Origin: Azolla caroliniana
Lineage: Eukaryota > Plantae > Polypodiophyta
Direction of reading: 5' to 3'
Length of the DNA stretch: 64,000 bases
Assembly: GCA_043228905.1 (NCBI GenBank)
Contig: JBHGNT010000020.1
Span: 10,168,001 to 10,232,000 of the forward strand
Made by a program: the position numbers and the translations under genes. The notes under the pieces are model-generated. The model ran no database searches. It was not told the DNA's origin and saw only the letters and a program-made list of their open reading frames with translations. This document shows, piece after piece, positions 25,297 through 39,681 of the stretch; positions within the stretch are counted from its first letter, which is position 1, and every line of letters starts with the position of its first letter.

Positions 25297-28200
25297 TTAT
25301 GAAAGACGCAAAGCGACTTCTTGCAGAAGTGCTCGTTTCTGTGCAGCACTAAGAACACCTTTGCTCTCAGCATCTTCCAATACATCTGCCATGATTGCTG
25401 CTGCATGTTGTAATGGTTCCTCTGCAGTCCTCTTCAACATGAATACCTTTACATCCATTGATTACAACATTCATCAAGAAATTTTCTTTTCTTTTGAACT
25501 GTCATAATTCAAAGAGAGCACCCATCTAAAGGATTATTTGATAGATTCAATATTCATCAAGATTCTGATATTTTTTGAACTGTCTACAGGATTATATATA
25601 CTGTATAGATTAAATATCTGTTACTTTTAAACAAACAAAGACTCAAAAGAGCAAGCATTGAAAGGATTATTAATTTCTTCCTATACCTGTCCATGATGAG
25701 TAATCTCAAGGATACCAGGTTCTTGAATCCATGGCTCTCCATCAATTTGGACAGGAAAAGCATTATCTATGTGGATTTGGATGACCTGACCTTGACCAAG
25801 TCTCCGTGGACTTGAAAATCCCATCTGTATTAATCAAGGACATATAATCCATGACAAAAGAATGAAGAACTCCCAAAGATTTACAAAGCAAAAGTATGCA
25901 GGCAAATTTTTAACATATGAATCCCCAACAGTTCCAGCGTTTCATATATATTTTAGCTTTTTTTGCCGAATATTACTAGTAAATTATTCAAAATTTTGTA
26001 AATCTGGGGATTCTTTCTGAAACTGTCATCATAAGAATATCCTAGAGTTTCCAAAACCTTAACATATAGTGATCTGGGAAAAATTCAGCCCTAATTTTAT
26101 CCATGGCTGCCACAAATGGCAACATCCCTATTACAAGAAAAATAAAGAGTGTATACCTGGAGTTTGCCTAAATGCCATGTTCCACAAATCCCAATAACTT
26201 CAAGACGTTTATCATGCATCGACTGTGGAAGAAAATCACCCAGATAATCTTCATTCTGCCATAAATCAACACCTCCCATGTAGCTTGGAATGTTTATCAC
26301 AACAATACCCTCGAGATCCTGTGGATGATATAAACGTAATTTGCTGTGGTCACTGAAAAGACACTTACATGGTTAAATACAAAGCCAAATGTTTATGGTT
26401 GCAAGTATTACCTCCAGTATCGGTACTTCTGACCCGTCGACATACAAGTGAAGATGCTTTGGCAAGTTAGCACATGCTCTATCCAAAATGTCTTTAGCAC
26501 CTTCCTTGGCATAAAGCATTTTGTTCATGAACTATTTTGAGATGAAAGGTTAGCATCAATAAATGGCAAATGTAAGATGTTTACTATTTGGATAATCTAA
26601 GCTATATGACCTACTACGATCACGTGCTTATATGATGGCAGCATATCTATATGCAAAACCACTGTAGTCTCCTGCACCTGAGCATCGAATCTAGTACTAG
26701 ATTCATTAAGATTAAAATGGATATCATGTATAGCAAGTTCCAGGTCTATGGAACAGAACAATCCCTCATGTATAAGACAATTCATATAATTTAATGCATC
26801 TGTACAGTAACTAGTTGTGCGGTCCAATCATGATAACATTGTGATTAATTTTCTTAGTTACTCTTAACACGAACGCTCATCAATCTTCTAACTTACTTGA
26901 CTGTAGAACCTCTCTGGATTCTCTTCTCGCAATAAATGGATGTCCAGCGCGACCTTTGCATCACATCCAATACCTGAATGTTTTGCAAAAATGTTGAGCC
27001 CCAGTTCATGAAGCTTAAATTTGAGGGACGTCAACAATACAGGAAGCATTACCTAGGTAATTGTTCATACCCTTCTTCCTTCTGGATTCTATGTTGTTAT
27101 TGGAGCTTTTATCAGTAATCATTACCTTCCATCTATCCAGCACCGTCACTGCAGCATGATCAATTTGGGTCAATACCATTGATAGCCCACCTTTCCTCTT
27201 CACAACTCCATAACCCCCACCCCACGAGAGAACCCTTGCAAGATCATTTCCGGTTCCTATAGGGAGAATAGCAACAGGAGGGGGAGAATCGTAGTTTTGT
27301 TTTTCAATCGCATCAAGCACCCAACCAACAGAGCCATCGCCACCGCATACAAGAACCCTAAAATGCGATACATTTTTGAAGAATTCTAACCCTACTTCTG
27401 GACCTTCAGTTGCACTTATTTCAAAAACCTGTTAGTTTCAAAAAGTAGAAATTGATGTTCTGTAAGCTCAATAGAGACTCAGTAAACTCTTGGATTTACA
27501 GATTGTGAAAATTTAATCTTCAAAAAATTAGTATATTAATTTATAAACTATGCAGGCTCTTTTTCATATATTCAAAGCTGAACTTTCTAATTAATATGGA
27601 ATGCTAATCGGCTGCAATACACTTGTTACATAAACTATCACCAAAGATTTTAGAGTACCACATACATATGGTCACCTCCAACAACCTCGGAAAAGATGTT
27701 AATATCAAAGACATAACAATTGGTATGTTGTGTGAATGCTGAGGTGGATTCAAACATTTCACATTGTGTTAAATAATCTAGATACATGCACGAAAAATGC
27801 ATAGAAGATCCTCATCCTAACATTCATATAGTCTAGCGAATGTAGGTGTCTAAAAGATAGATATAATTATATTTTTTAAATTGGTCATTTGTTTTGAAAA
27901 ACTCCTTGTCAGATGTGCCTGTTTGGATGTTTCATTTCATGTTTGAAACCAAATTCCAACGATTATGTATAATCAGACAACTTCATCCTTTTAGCCCATT
28001 AAGCCAAGGAAAAGCTAGTTAGATACCAGCTAAAATCACATGTCAGTACTTTCTGGAGAAAAACAAGTAAGCCAAGGACCTCGTCCAATAATCAAGAGGC
28101 TCATCTCATATATGGTGACTACATTATCCCAAAACCTTCGAGGAAGTTGTGCATGATGTCGATCAACAATGATCACAAGTGGATACTAAGCATCCTAGTT

Positions 28201-31200
28201 TGGATTTTATAAGTTGCATCCTGAATGGAAGTTATCAGTCCGTTTTGTAATTTCAAGGATCACTCTCGTCAGGGACAAGCATGATCAGCCTGCACACAAA
28301 GAGTCGGGCATATGACCTGTATAAAGTATCCCAATACAAAAGCAATTTTGTCTAGCAAGGCAATCTAACCTCAGAACATGAATCATCAATCTGTTTGATT
28401 GGTGAAGCTACATGTCCTGCTCAAGACTTCTCCCTTGGGTGAATAGTTTGGAAAATAACTGAATACACTGTTGGCCATACTTGATGTTGGGAAAGCATGG
28501 ACACAGGTATAGGGGACACTGCTATAAGAAAACCAGTATTAAAAACCTGCACAATACTCGGTAGCTAGGGCATCACCTCCAGATTAATTTGAATAATACC
28601 ATCACCGTCTCGCAAAGCTCTAACAGAAGAACAGGCCTGACACGCTTTGCAGAGAAAAATCTATGCTCATGTTATCAGCCCAAGATGTCCAATGACCTTG
28701 TTGACCTTAACCAGTCTTCTTGGTCCTGCAAACTTCAAACTTTATAGTAAACATCATACATGTGCCTGCATCAAATTTTCTATGTTTTCAAGACTGACAT
28801 GTAAAGCAGTTTCTTTGTAGTGTTGCAATGTTTCCGAATGCACTATACATGATCCAAACTGTCATTAGATAGGCTTATGAGGCAATAAAGCTGAAAAATA
28901 TTGCATAGGAAAATCTGAACGCCTCGGACCAGCACACTACATGTTACAAGCTGAAACTGTGAAGGCTTCCTTTGGAAGAAAGTTGACAGACTAAACAAGG
29001 TAATACAGAATGTTGATGTAGACTCTCTTTTTAGAAATCATGGGAGCATGATACATGGCATCTCCCACAAATTGAAAGATATGCGTCATGCTCTAGATGG
29101 ATGCCAAACATTAGGAATTACCAAGGTGCATGTACAAGAGGACAAGACGGAGTCTCCATTATGTATGAGAAAGTAATAAACATCGTAGTAATCATTTGCA
29201 AATTTGACAGAGGCCAAAGATACATATGGGTCACCATCATGAAACTCTAAAATGAGAAGGCAGCTTAATCTTTGCTCTGAAACACTCAAATGGGCAGACC
29301 CCTCAGCACAAGAATGGATGGATGTTTTGCCCAACCAGGCAATTAGACCAACGTATTACCTAGGTCAATGTATTAATACGATAGCATCACATAATCCTCA
29401 ATATTGAGTATATTACAAGTGACGGAAAGCTTAGGCCAGACCCACATTCAGACATCCATGTCCAACAGGGTACAACGTGCCATTATGCTAGTGTGGCTCA
29501 CAAATTTGGGTAACATGCTTCCTAATCATTGCAAACAATCCACCTTTTACACGTGTAGTTGTTAACAAATATAGGATTCCACGTGCCTACAACATATATA
29601 TTAACTTGTAAAACTCCATATGTGACTGTCTTTGCAATGGGAAAATAGTAGATGCAAAATAAAAGTAAGCTAGAGAAAAAAACTGAAGGCAAAAAATGAC
29701 AGTTTACATAACACGTTGAGACACTATAGTGTACCATGCTGATGCTAAATGTTCTTCCATGCTGAAAATAGAGATGTGTGGCTGGAAAAATACTAAGGAG
29801 AAAGAAGAGAATGTTAACCTGTGCAGTCTTAACCAGCCTGAGATAGAAGTACATGCAGCACTCTTGTACATGAAATACACTGAAATTAGAGAGGCTTTTC
29901 ATCAGTTACAACATAGGTAGTGCACTGCATTTCAAGAACTCATAAAGAGGACACCCCCTTCACCTGGAGGCTTTTTCAAGCATTAAGACATGGGTAGTGC
30001 ACTGCATTTCAAGAACTCATAAAGAGGACAGACCCTTCACCTGTAGCTTTGGGTATCTTTTTCCATGTTAAGTAGAGTTCTGAGCAGAGCTCACTTACAC
30101 TTTGATTCCCAGTTACAATTAGATAGTGCATTTGATTTTTTATATCACTTCTGTTTGGTTCTTAGTTTCCTCACATTAGTGCTGCAGAGAGTACTTTGTA
30201 AAAGCTTCAAGGTCCCATGGGTTATTTTAGTCCCCTGCAGATCATCATTGTACAAAGCTGAAGCTGTGTTCCAAGGAATGAAGCTCTATTCAACTAATGA
30301 GGTATTCTCACAGGTTTTACAGTGGAAGATAACCATTATCAAATATACAAGAGAACCAAATGGCCTCTGACAAGACTAAGACAGTGAAGCTCCAGTAAAG
30401 TACATACTCCTCTACTCTGATATATTCTCCAAAAGTTGGTCACCACCACCTTTCTCTGGATGGGCAATTGATATCACAAGTTCATGAACGAAGAGAACAA
30501 CAAACCAGCATATTTGCAAACGAAAATTGCTTCACAGACGTATTTTCCACAAGTACTGACTACAAGTGGGAGATAATTCACTGACATGCTGGACATAATA
30601 TGTAAAGCCATAAAAGATATGTATATGATTTGAAAATATTCCTGATTTTCTGTAGTATCAGACATATGGACCAAAACACTAGGCCCTACCTATTCCATTA
30701 TCCATACACAAAGAACAATGGGTGACCCTATTCCTACTTGAGGAAGATAAACCATTGTGAAGAACCAACACTGAAGAGAATATGCTTTCTGGCCACGAGA
30801 CCAAGCCAAACATCAAAGATATGTTATCATTTTTCAACTGTGCCATGCAAGCCTCCATTACCTAACTTTTTTATAGCATTGTGTTCAGCGGCATGGTGAA
30901 GGTGAAAGTATGTATAGGATAGTGTGCAATGCACAAATAACTAAGGAGCATCCCATAATGATAATTGGCACTATTCAAGATGAATCAACAATTAGCAGGC
31001 TCTTTGACACTCCTACTAGATACCATAATTATCCTGTTATATGGTCCTTGTTTTTACATAAGGTATCACAGAAAATCTCATTTTAACATGGCTTCCTCTA
31101 AACATTAATATATAATGTACCTATCTTGCTTTCTCATCAATATGAAATAAAAGTTTACCATTTTTACATTGCAATAGATGAATGAAATAAAAATATAAAC

Positions 31201-32446
31201 ATTCTCCAACCTGAATAGGATTCAAAAGCATATTTAGTTGTCTCTTCAGTGTTCCCCCAAGTTGAGCTCCACTCTTTTTGTTCACAAAAACAAGTAAAGG
31301 TCTGGCATCGGAAGAAATATCTACCAATGCATATCTAGAACATTTCTCAGCCTCCTGATTCAAGTTTCCACTCGACTCAACACGTGGTGTCTGCTCATTT
31401 TGATTGTCAACTGTCAATTGAGATTTGCCCTCTCTCTGAAGACCATTCTCAGCTTGATTATCAACTGACGATTTACCCTCTCTTTGAGATCCATCGAGAG
31501 TACTGTTGAGTTTAGAATGAGCATCAGCATCTGATTTAGCATTAACTGAATCTACAGTATCACCAACTGCCTCAACATTCAAATCTGAACAATGAGAAGG
31601 CACTCCACTGGTATTGGAAGAACTACTCAAAGTGCTAGATTGAGATTTCCGAGGTTTGCTTTTTCCTCCTCTTTTACTTATTTGTCGCACAGTTGATGCA
31701 ATCTCAGTAGCACCATGCGTGATTGAGCTGAAAAATCCTCCACCGATATTCTTATCTAATGTATCCTTCACAGAGAGAGGAGATACAATAAGCCTCTTAA
31801 AAGCACCAAGATCGCATAAATCATCAGTCTCTCGCTGGGGAACAGAATGACAACCAACGTGAACTTGTCTTTGGCACCATACACATTGCCAAACAGCAGC
31901 CGGAGCAAGAAAAAAACCCGTGCAAGGCTCATTACAAATCATGCAAACATTAGGTTCGTCTTCTTTATCATCCCATTTCTCGATCCATTGGTGCTTGAGA
32001 AACTTACATTTCCCAGCTAAAGCAACATTCTTACAATCTTGATGGGCACTCTTAGAGCAACTCAGGTGAGCTCCAAGACCGCATATAGAGCATCGACATA
32101 TTGCCGACATGGAGGTTGAAAGTGTCTGGGATGGTATAAGAGACTCTAAGCAAACACAACAGGTGGAAGAGCTGCCAGTCTTTTGTGTCGATTCTTGCGT
32201 CCATTTATGACGTATTGATGAGATGCCACCAGAGCTTGATCTATGCTTTGCATATGCAAACTTAATCCAATGAATAGAAGCTCTTCTTTGCAATTGAAGC
32301 ATCAATACAGAGAAGGTAAAGATGCCCACAAGCACTGTAGTGAACCATGCTGGAGCCTCGATGAATCTATGGATCGCTATGCGAAAGAATCCATATGCTT
32401 CATTAAATGAAGGTGGATACAAGAACCTTATATAAGGATTTTCCAT
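25297..32446 (-). CDS. Diacylglycerol kinase, plant cluster I (DGK1/DGK2-like: N-terminal TM, two C1 domains, catalytic and accessory domains)
   Basis: Exons 32446-31211, 27428-27053, 26973-26897, 26531-26412, 26318-26157, 25824-25687, 25446-25297. Motifs [89 protein letters not shown]. Confidence 0.95.
29891..30045. repeat. 77-bp tandem duplication inside the large DGK intron
   Basis: GGTAGTGCACTGCATTTCAAGAACTCATAAAGAGGACA at 29916 and 29993. Confidence 0.85.
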
Positions 32447-33212
32447 CCAGAATTACCTCCCTACATACACATATAAAGTAGGCATAATCTTAATTTCATT
32501 ACATTTGCAAAAAATTCAGTAAATTGTTTTCGTGTCTGTTAAATGTCACTCCTTTTAAGTGATTCCCAGAAATGCCACAGTTTTCCTTAATGAATAACTG
32601 GTCACTAACAGGCTTAACAAAGTAGTATGCCATATAAGGAATACAATGTTGAATCAAGATTCGGACTGTAATTACACAACACGCCACAAAAATATCAATG
32701 TTCATTAACAGACGCTTTATGCTGATTAGTCAGGATTTGGACACAATTTGATTTGTTGGTCTTGATTAATCGATTCATTAGAGATAACATTACTTGATTA
32801 ATCAATTATATTAGTTGAACATTATCTATTTCGCCAATTAATCAACTTAATCAACAACTCATTACTTAATCTGCACATTACTCAAATGATAATCAGTTAA
32901 TTACCATCCAAATCTTGACAATAATCTGTGAATTCTTTAGATAACCGGCTACTTAATTATATCTATTGGTTCTCAGGGTATTTCAGAATAATTAAGAAAA
33001 AAGAATGGCATTTTCAAAATCAATACACACACACACACACAAACACACGTGAAGAACTCCACAGCCAAATCCAGAGCATCAGATGAGCTCATTGTGCGTG
33101 AATACATTCACGGGTATATCAAGATTTGAACCGAGAAAAGGCCGAGTTCTTCTTCTTACGTATACATATACATAAGAAATAACGGTTGAACGCAAACAAA
33201 TCAAATATGTAC

Positions 33213-33570
33213 CTGATCAGAAAAATAGAGAGATGAAGAATTTCATGAGCAGAAATGAAGCCCCAGGAAAAGGAAAAACCGGATCTTGCTTCTTAAAATA
33301 ATCCATTGTCCTCAGCACGTAAATCTTGGCCTGTTCTTCATAGTCTCCGACATCTGCTAATAAATAATGCATAACGAGTGGCGATGGAAAGGTAGCAGAT
33401 GGGGAGAGGGAGCACAGAATACAGAGATCATATTCATGTGTTCCTCGCGCCGAAGGGAAAATCTGAATCAAGATCTCTTGTGAACAGAAGGCAAGGAAAG
33501 GTTTAATACATAAACTAACAAACTATATAAGAAAAAAGCAGCAAACAAGAAGAAGAAGAAGAAGAAGAAC
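33213..33570 (-). other. Probable non-coding 5' UTR exon of the DGK gene, containing uORF(s)
   Basis: Donor CAG|GTAC at 33213/33212, acceptor GTAG|G at 32461/32460 just upstream of the DGK ATG, CTT-repeat typical of 5' UTRs at 33547-33569. The upper boundary is approximate. Confidence 0.55.
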
Positions 33571-33607
33571 GCTAGCCCATACATATAAATTTATAATGAT
33601 ATATCAT

Positions 33608-33764
33608 ATATGTATGTAATGTATGTATGCATTGTATGTATGTATTGTATTGTATTAAATTTGTATGTATATGTATGTATGTGTGTATGTAGGTACGTAC
33701 GTACGTATGTATATGTATGTATATGTATGTATGCGTGTGTGTGTGTGTGTGCGTGTATGTATGC

Positions 33765-33795
<31 letters not shown>

Positions 33796-33798
33796 TGT

Positions 33799-33838
<40 letters not shown>

Positions 33839-33941
33839 ATGTATGTATGTATGTATATATATGCGTGTATGTATGCATATGTATGTATGTATGTATGTAT
33901 GTGTGTGTGTATGTATGTATGTATATATGTATGTATGTATG

Positions 33942-33975
<34 letters not shown>

Positions 33976-34016
33976 TGTATGTATGTGTGCATGCATGCAT
34001 GTATATATGTATATAT
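33608..34016. repeat. (TATG)n/(TG)n microsatellite array
   Basis: About 400 bp of TATG/TG repeats; source of the HTYI/MYVC ORFs. Confidence 0.97.
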
Positions 34017-34184
34017 TTGATTCAGCTATAACAACCATGGAAAGGATTATTGAATACGTGTTTTAAGGTTCGAAAAAAGTCCATCAGATCGACTTCCTAG
34101 AATTGTATGGGAAGCAAGTAAAAAGATTCAAAAGACGCATTGAAAGAAAGAAAAAATTGTAGATGGGATGCAAGATATGGAAAA

Positions 34185-34655
34185 TTGGTTGGGTAGATGG
34201 GATGCAACACACTTGCTTCATGATGCATCACTTAGAGATTTCTCTGTAAATGAGGCCTTTTTGCAACATCAATGTATCATGACATGGGACAAATGTGGAG
34301 GCGCACGCTTCATACATTATACTACACATGTTGCATCTAACTACAAAACCATATTCTTTGTAGAACGGGAAACTGTACACGTCGATACATGTTAGAGCCC
34401 ATCCTATTGTCTGTAATTCAAACCATTGCTTCCACGTGACTTACCTCACATGCATTGCGATATAAGACGAAGCATTTGGGGCACAAGTGATAATAGTGCT
34501 CGACTATGCACACTTTGCCCTAAACTAGCACGAATTTCTCTCACAACCACAATGTGCACTCTCAATTGCAACATTCATTAGTAAAGTTCTTGAACATTGA
34601 GAGTCACTACTCACTTTCACATGTATCACGTGAAATGTAATATTTTTGGTCTCAT
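34185..34655. repeat. Dispersed repeat, copy 1
   Basis: Aligns by eye with 35812-36376 (GGTAGATGGGATGCAACACAC...TATTTTTGGTCTCAT). Confidence 0.85.
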
Positions 34656-34658
34656 GGG

Positions 34659-35204
34659 TGTTACGAGCATGGCCATATAATATCCAGTGGTAAGATTGTA
34701 CCGTAGTATTCTATACACATGGATAAAGTGTTAGGGTTAAACAAGAGTGTAAATAAGGGAATGATTACTTTTAATCCTTGGGATTGAGACAACCCATTAA
34801 GGCCAAGTGTGAACTTGCATGGGGGCCTTAGGTCTGGCTATAAATATGAGGCCTAACTACCCTCATTTGACACATGATCGACTACGTCGAGACTCTATGC
34901 TCATGGTGATCAACTCTTGAAGCGAGTGCGACAATACAAAGATCAAAAACCTAGGCAACCCGAGGATTGAGGCAAATTAGTGGAAGAGTTTGTTACCTGT
35001 ATAGGTGTACGGGAGGGTTAATGGTGTAATGTATAAGGTGTAAGGTGTAATATGAAATGTTAATGTGTGAGTGTGAGGTGGGGTAAGTAGGTGTAACTAC
35101 CCCCACTCGGGTTTTTGTAATGTCTTGATCAGATCTTGTACTATTTAAACCCCACCCATGGGGCATGAAGGAAAGGAGAATATAGTGAAGTTACCCCATC
35201 AACA
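34659..35204 (+). mobile_element. Possible solo LTR
   Basis: TGTT...AACA ends and an internal CTATAAATA box. It starts exactly where repeat copy 1 stops matching copy 2. The 5-bp TSD is not conserved. Confidence 0.45.
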
Positions 35205-35222
35205 TTGTGTCGTTTTCCCTCT

Positions 35223-35282
<60 letters not shown>

Positions 35283-35811
35283 CATGTTCGAACCTCGGCT
35301 CCACCCCCCACCCATCAACAAAGTTGAACCATGTTGCTTCGACCTTTGTTGGCAAAACTAGTCGATCAACGAAATTTACCACGAATGATCTAATAGTAGA
35401 TGTGAACATCCTTACTTTGGAGAATGCCATTGAAGCAGGAGTTTATGCTAACGATGGGTGAAGCTACTAATTGGCATCTTGACTAAAATGCCTCCTATCA
35501 TGTTCCTCCATTGCAATCAAAATTATGGCAATCTCCTCCTAAGAATTTCAAGCTAGTTCGAGTAAGAAACTCACAACATTGTCACTACTGCAAACATGAC
35601 ATTAACGACTCTGAAACACGTCACTAATTGTGTTACTTCAACATTGTCATTGTGTAATGCAATTACCAACTTCACATGAGCGTCACACTGGACACTCATG
35701 TGTCATAATGCAATGTATCTGGAAATGTCGTATAATGATGCCATGAAAAGCTCTCTTGTTATTGACCCTATCTCTCCCTTTAGCTCTCTTGCCCTCTCTC
35801 TCTCTCTCTAG

Positions 35812-36410
35812 ATGGTTTGGTAGATGGGATGCAACACACTCGCTACATGATCCATCACTAGATTCCTTTGTAAATGAGAACTTTTTGCAACGCCAATGTA
35901 TCATGACATGGGACAAATGTGGAGGCTCACACTTCACACATTATACTACACCTGTTGCACCTAACTACAAAACCATATTCTTTGTGGAACGGGGAAACCG
36001 TACACATCGATACATGTTAGAGCGCATCCCATTATCTGCCATTCAAACCATTGCTTCCATGCGACTTAGCTCACATGCATTGTGATCTGAGACGGGGGCG
36101 TTAGGGCCCAAGTAATGAGAGTGGTCAACTATGCACAATTTGCCCTAAACAAGTTCGAGAGTCTAAGTATCACATATTGATACAATGTTCTACCTTTGAT
36201 AATATTCAACCATGCTTTCCACACATCTTCAACCATGCCCAATCCTTGCACGAACTTCTCTCATAACCACAATATACACTCTCGATTGCAACACTTATTG
36301 GTAAAGTTCTTGAACATCGAGAGTCACTACTCACTTTCACATGTATCACGTGAAATGTAATATTTTTGGTCTCATAAGTCATATTTGACATCCTAAGACG
36401 ATAATAGAAT
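35812..36410. repeat. Dispersed repeat, copy 2
   Basis: Similar to 34185-34655 with an extra ~90-bp segment. Its 3' end (GTCTCATAAGTCATATTTGAC...GACGATAAT) also matches ~9981-10020. Confidence 0.8.
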
Positions 36411-39400
36411 CTATCTATCTATCTCTAGCTCACACTCACATTCTCGCTCTCCGACTGACTCACTCTCGACGTATTTTTCATAACGAAAAAACCGGGTAAG
36501 ACAACTAAATTTGGTCAAATATAAATTTCATAAATTAGTGTCATGAATTAAAAATAAATATGTCATCCATATATTTACAGTTGTCAAAGTAGAAACAAAA
36601 ATGGAGATTATCTCCACTAATGTGACAATTCTTCATCACCACCCCATGAGGGATTATCATTATCTTCTCTTGAGTGTTCCACCATATACTCAACTGGATC
36701 TAGAACACTTTGGCCAACCCATTCGTCTTGTTTGACCTCAACATCATCTTTGGTTCTATGAATTTCTTGAGCATGTAAATGTGTATTATTAGGGCTTTGT
36801 AAAATGAAGTGTTTCATAAAATGCACTTACCATCGGATTCAATGGGGGATATGTGGTTCTCAAATATTTAAAGCCTTTGTATGAGGCAAGTTTTGGTCAT
36901 CTATCATATCTGAGTCCCATAACCTTTCATCTAGAAAAATAAAAACTTGCATTAGGACTAAAAAGAAAAAGATTTCATGAAGGAAAATCTTAAAACACAA
37001 ATTTATAGTTACATATTGGGCCTTAAACCCTTTTATGTTGCCTCTTCTCATGTGAGAACTTAGAAGTATGACCGATGCATACATGAACCATAATGGCTTC
37101 CTATTTTAGAACACAAACACATATAATTAGTGATACAAGGGATCTAGCATAAAATATAGAATAAAATAAAGTAGCTAACATGATAAATAATGAAGAAGAC
37201 ATACATTTTGTTGTGGGGATTGATACTTAAATGTACTTCTTTGGGAAAATGTGTCCAATAATTGGCCTTGTGATCATTTTTCCCGATTTGGAAATTTGCC
37301 GGTTATACAAGTGAAAACTTATCTTAAATTGGTTCAATAATCTAATGTTATCTTATGTACAATACAAATTCAGATTCAAGTGCACAAATATTGTCTCCAC
37401 CTCTTTGTTGTATACCACCTCCAATCTTGTGGTTGCAACGCATGAACTTACCGAGGATGGATGCACCATGTTCAAATGCTCGATAGACGGAAGATTCCTT
37501 CGAGGAGAAGATAATATGTTGATTGAATGCTAGAGGGCTAATATGTTGAATTGTGCATAAATGGCTAATGTGTTGCATTGAGTAGCAAGTCACTTTGAAA
37601 CATTAATCTCTCTACAAAACTCTTATCAATTTAAGCTTGTGAGCCTACTCCCACTATTTAGCTTAGACGTCGACAATTTTTATGCTATACATAATACACT
37701 AATGTACATATACACGTAAATGCAAATGCAAATGCACACACACATCTATGCACATAAAAAATAAGAAGTTAAATAACATCCAAATGCAAACGCTTGAGCA
37801 AGTGTGAACGTGTGATATCATTATTAACAAAATCAATTCACATTTACATATTTGAGCACAAAATCATATAAACACATATCAGCACACACGGTCACCGGTA
37901 TGAACATACTACCTACACACTTAGTGCATGTTCACAAGGATCCATAGATTGGAACGAGAGGCTACAACTTGAGGAAGGTTGAGGAGGTTCCATCAAACTA
38001 ACATAATTCATAACTCTTCCACAACAAATCCATCTTCCTTGGTTTAGGTCATTATGGTCTCCTCATCTTTCACACGCACGTGAGAACTTATGCGACAATT
38101 TTTATCATATAGTATTCCATAATGTCATGCATCGTAACATCTTATGTTAGAGGAGAGGAGCCTATGGGGAAGAAAGGGTAAGGGAACAAAAATATCCTCA
38201 TTGACATGCCCAACTGCTGGTGGAAAAGATGTATCAATAGCTCCACTACTAACAATGGGACTTTCTAATGGTGGTATGATGAGCAAAGATGTACTACTAA
38301 GAGCTTGTTATCTTGGGACAAAATGGGGGCATTGATGATTGTGGCTCTAGTCTGGTTGATGAACAATGGGAGAATGGAATATTCAACACACATTTACATG
38401 TCAACCATCATAAACACTCAAATTTTGAGATCAATAACAAGAAATGAGGACATAATTAATAAGTTTGAGCTTTCATAATGGAATGGAGTCTGCATCTTCT
38501 AATCTTGAACTTAGAAAATGGTTTGGATGGAGCAATCTCTCAATTATGACGTTGAAATCTTCAGTATAGGACTCGAGGTGCTTATATGTCATAGATAAAC
38601 TTCTCACCTTTTGATATATTTATGTTGTTACTTGTTTTGATTCACCTCATTGATGAAATTGGGCTTGCAAGTGTAATGAGTATCTATTGGATGTTTTGAG
38701 TATAGTGATTCATGAGCATATTGAAGAGGTTTGTTCACCAAATATCATGGCTAGAGGGATCAATAGCAGAGAGTTGGCTACATAAGGAGTGCATATACTA
38801 CCTCTTAGAGTATTTGTTAGATGTAGACGAAGATGGGTCATATTATGTGGACACATGATAAAGAGGACACAATATCTGAGTAGGTGCTTTGTGACAAAGA
38901 AACTCCAATTCGATTTTCACGCGTGGAGCAAGACAATATATGAACTTCCATCATAAGTCCAAATATATGGACGACTTTGTGAAGGAGTTCAAAGACAAGG
39001 TCTCAATGAGAAGAAGAGGTACCAATGCACAAAAAACACCTTCACTCCTTGAGTCAAACAAGCAAAAGCGAACAATGAGTGGATTTTGAGGATCAATTTG
39101 AGCTTTGTCTTGGATGTGACAAAACAATAGACATTGTCCTTTTTCCATATCTCGTTTGAATTAGATTTATTAATTGTAAAAAATACTAAGTTGTATATCC
39201 TTAGCCATAGGTGAGCTTATAATAGCCTATAGGCAAAATTTGCGAAGACATAAGATAGATGATCTACGGATTACAAAATTTGAAATGGGGTTCACAAGAT
39301 GCCTCGTTCTCTATATTTAATTCAATTCACATCAATTTTCCATTTTTTGGTATAAGTTATTGTTGTAAAAGTATATTGTTTTCGGGCACCGGTCAGTTTC

Positions 39401-39681
39401 AGTCCGAACCGGGTCTCGTACCTCTGCGGGGGACCGACCCCTCCGGCCTTTCCTGCCCGTTTGTCTTCCACCAGAACCTCGTAGTTCTGGCAAGCGGCTT
39501 CTATGAAGCCCGTTTTCTCTTCGACCGGATCGTCCCATCCAGTGACCTCCTGGACCCGTTGTTCCGCGCGGTCCGCCTCTTCCTTCTTCAGCCGAACTCC
39601 GGAGAGGCCTTCTAGCACTAGCAGCCAGAATCCGGAGTCCTTCGCTTTCCGGGTCTCATCACCCCCGACCCGAATTCCCGC

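Noticed and set aside
27900-30900. LINE remnant inside the large DGK intron
   Set aside because: The sequence looks like decayed coding DNA, but no diagnostic endonuclease or RT motif could be read with confidence.
33572-34066. Six overlapping 100-140 aa ORFs (HTYI / MYVC repeats)
   Set aside because: Artifacts of the (TATG)n microsatellite.
36600-39230. Short ORFs suggesting a gene or transposase
   Set aside because: No consistent exon chain or recognisable motif; probably old TE debris.
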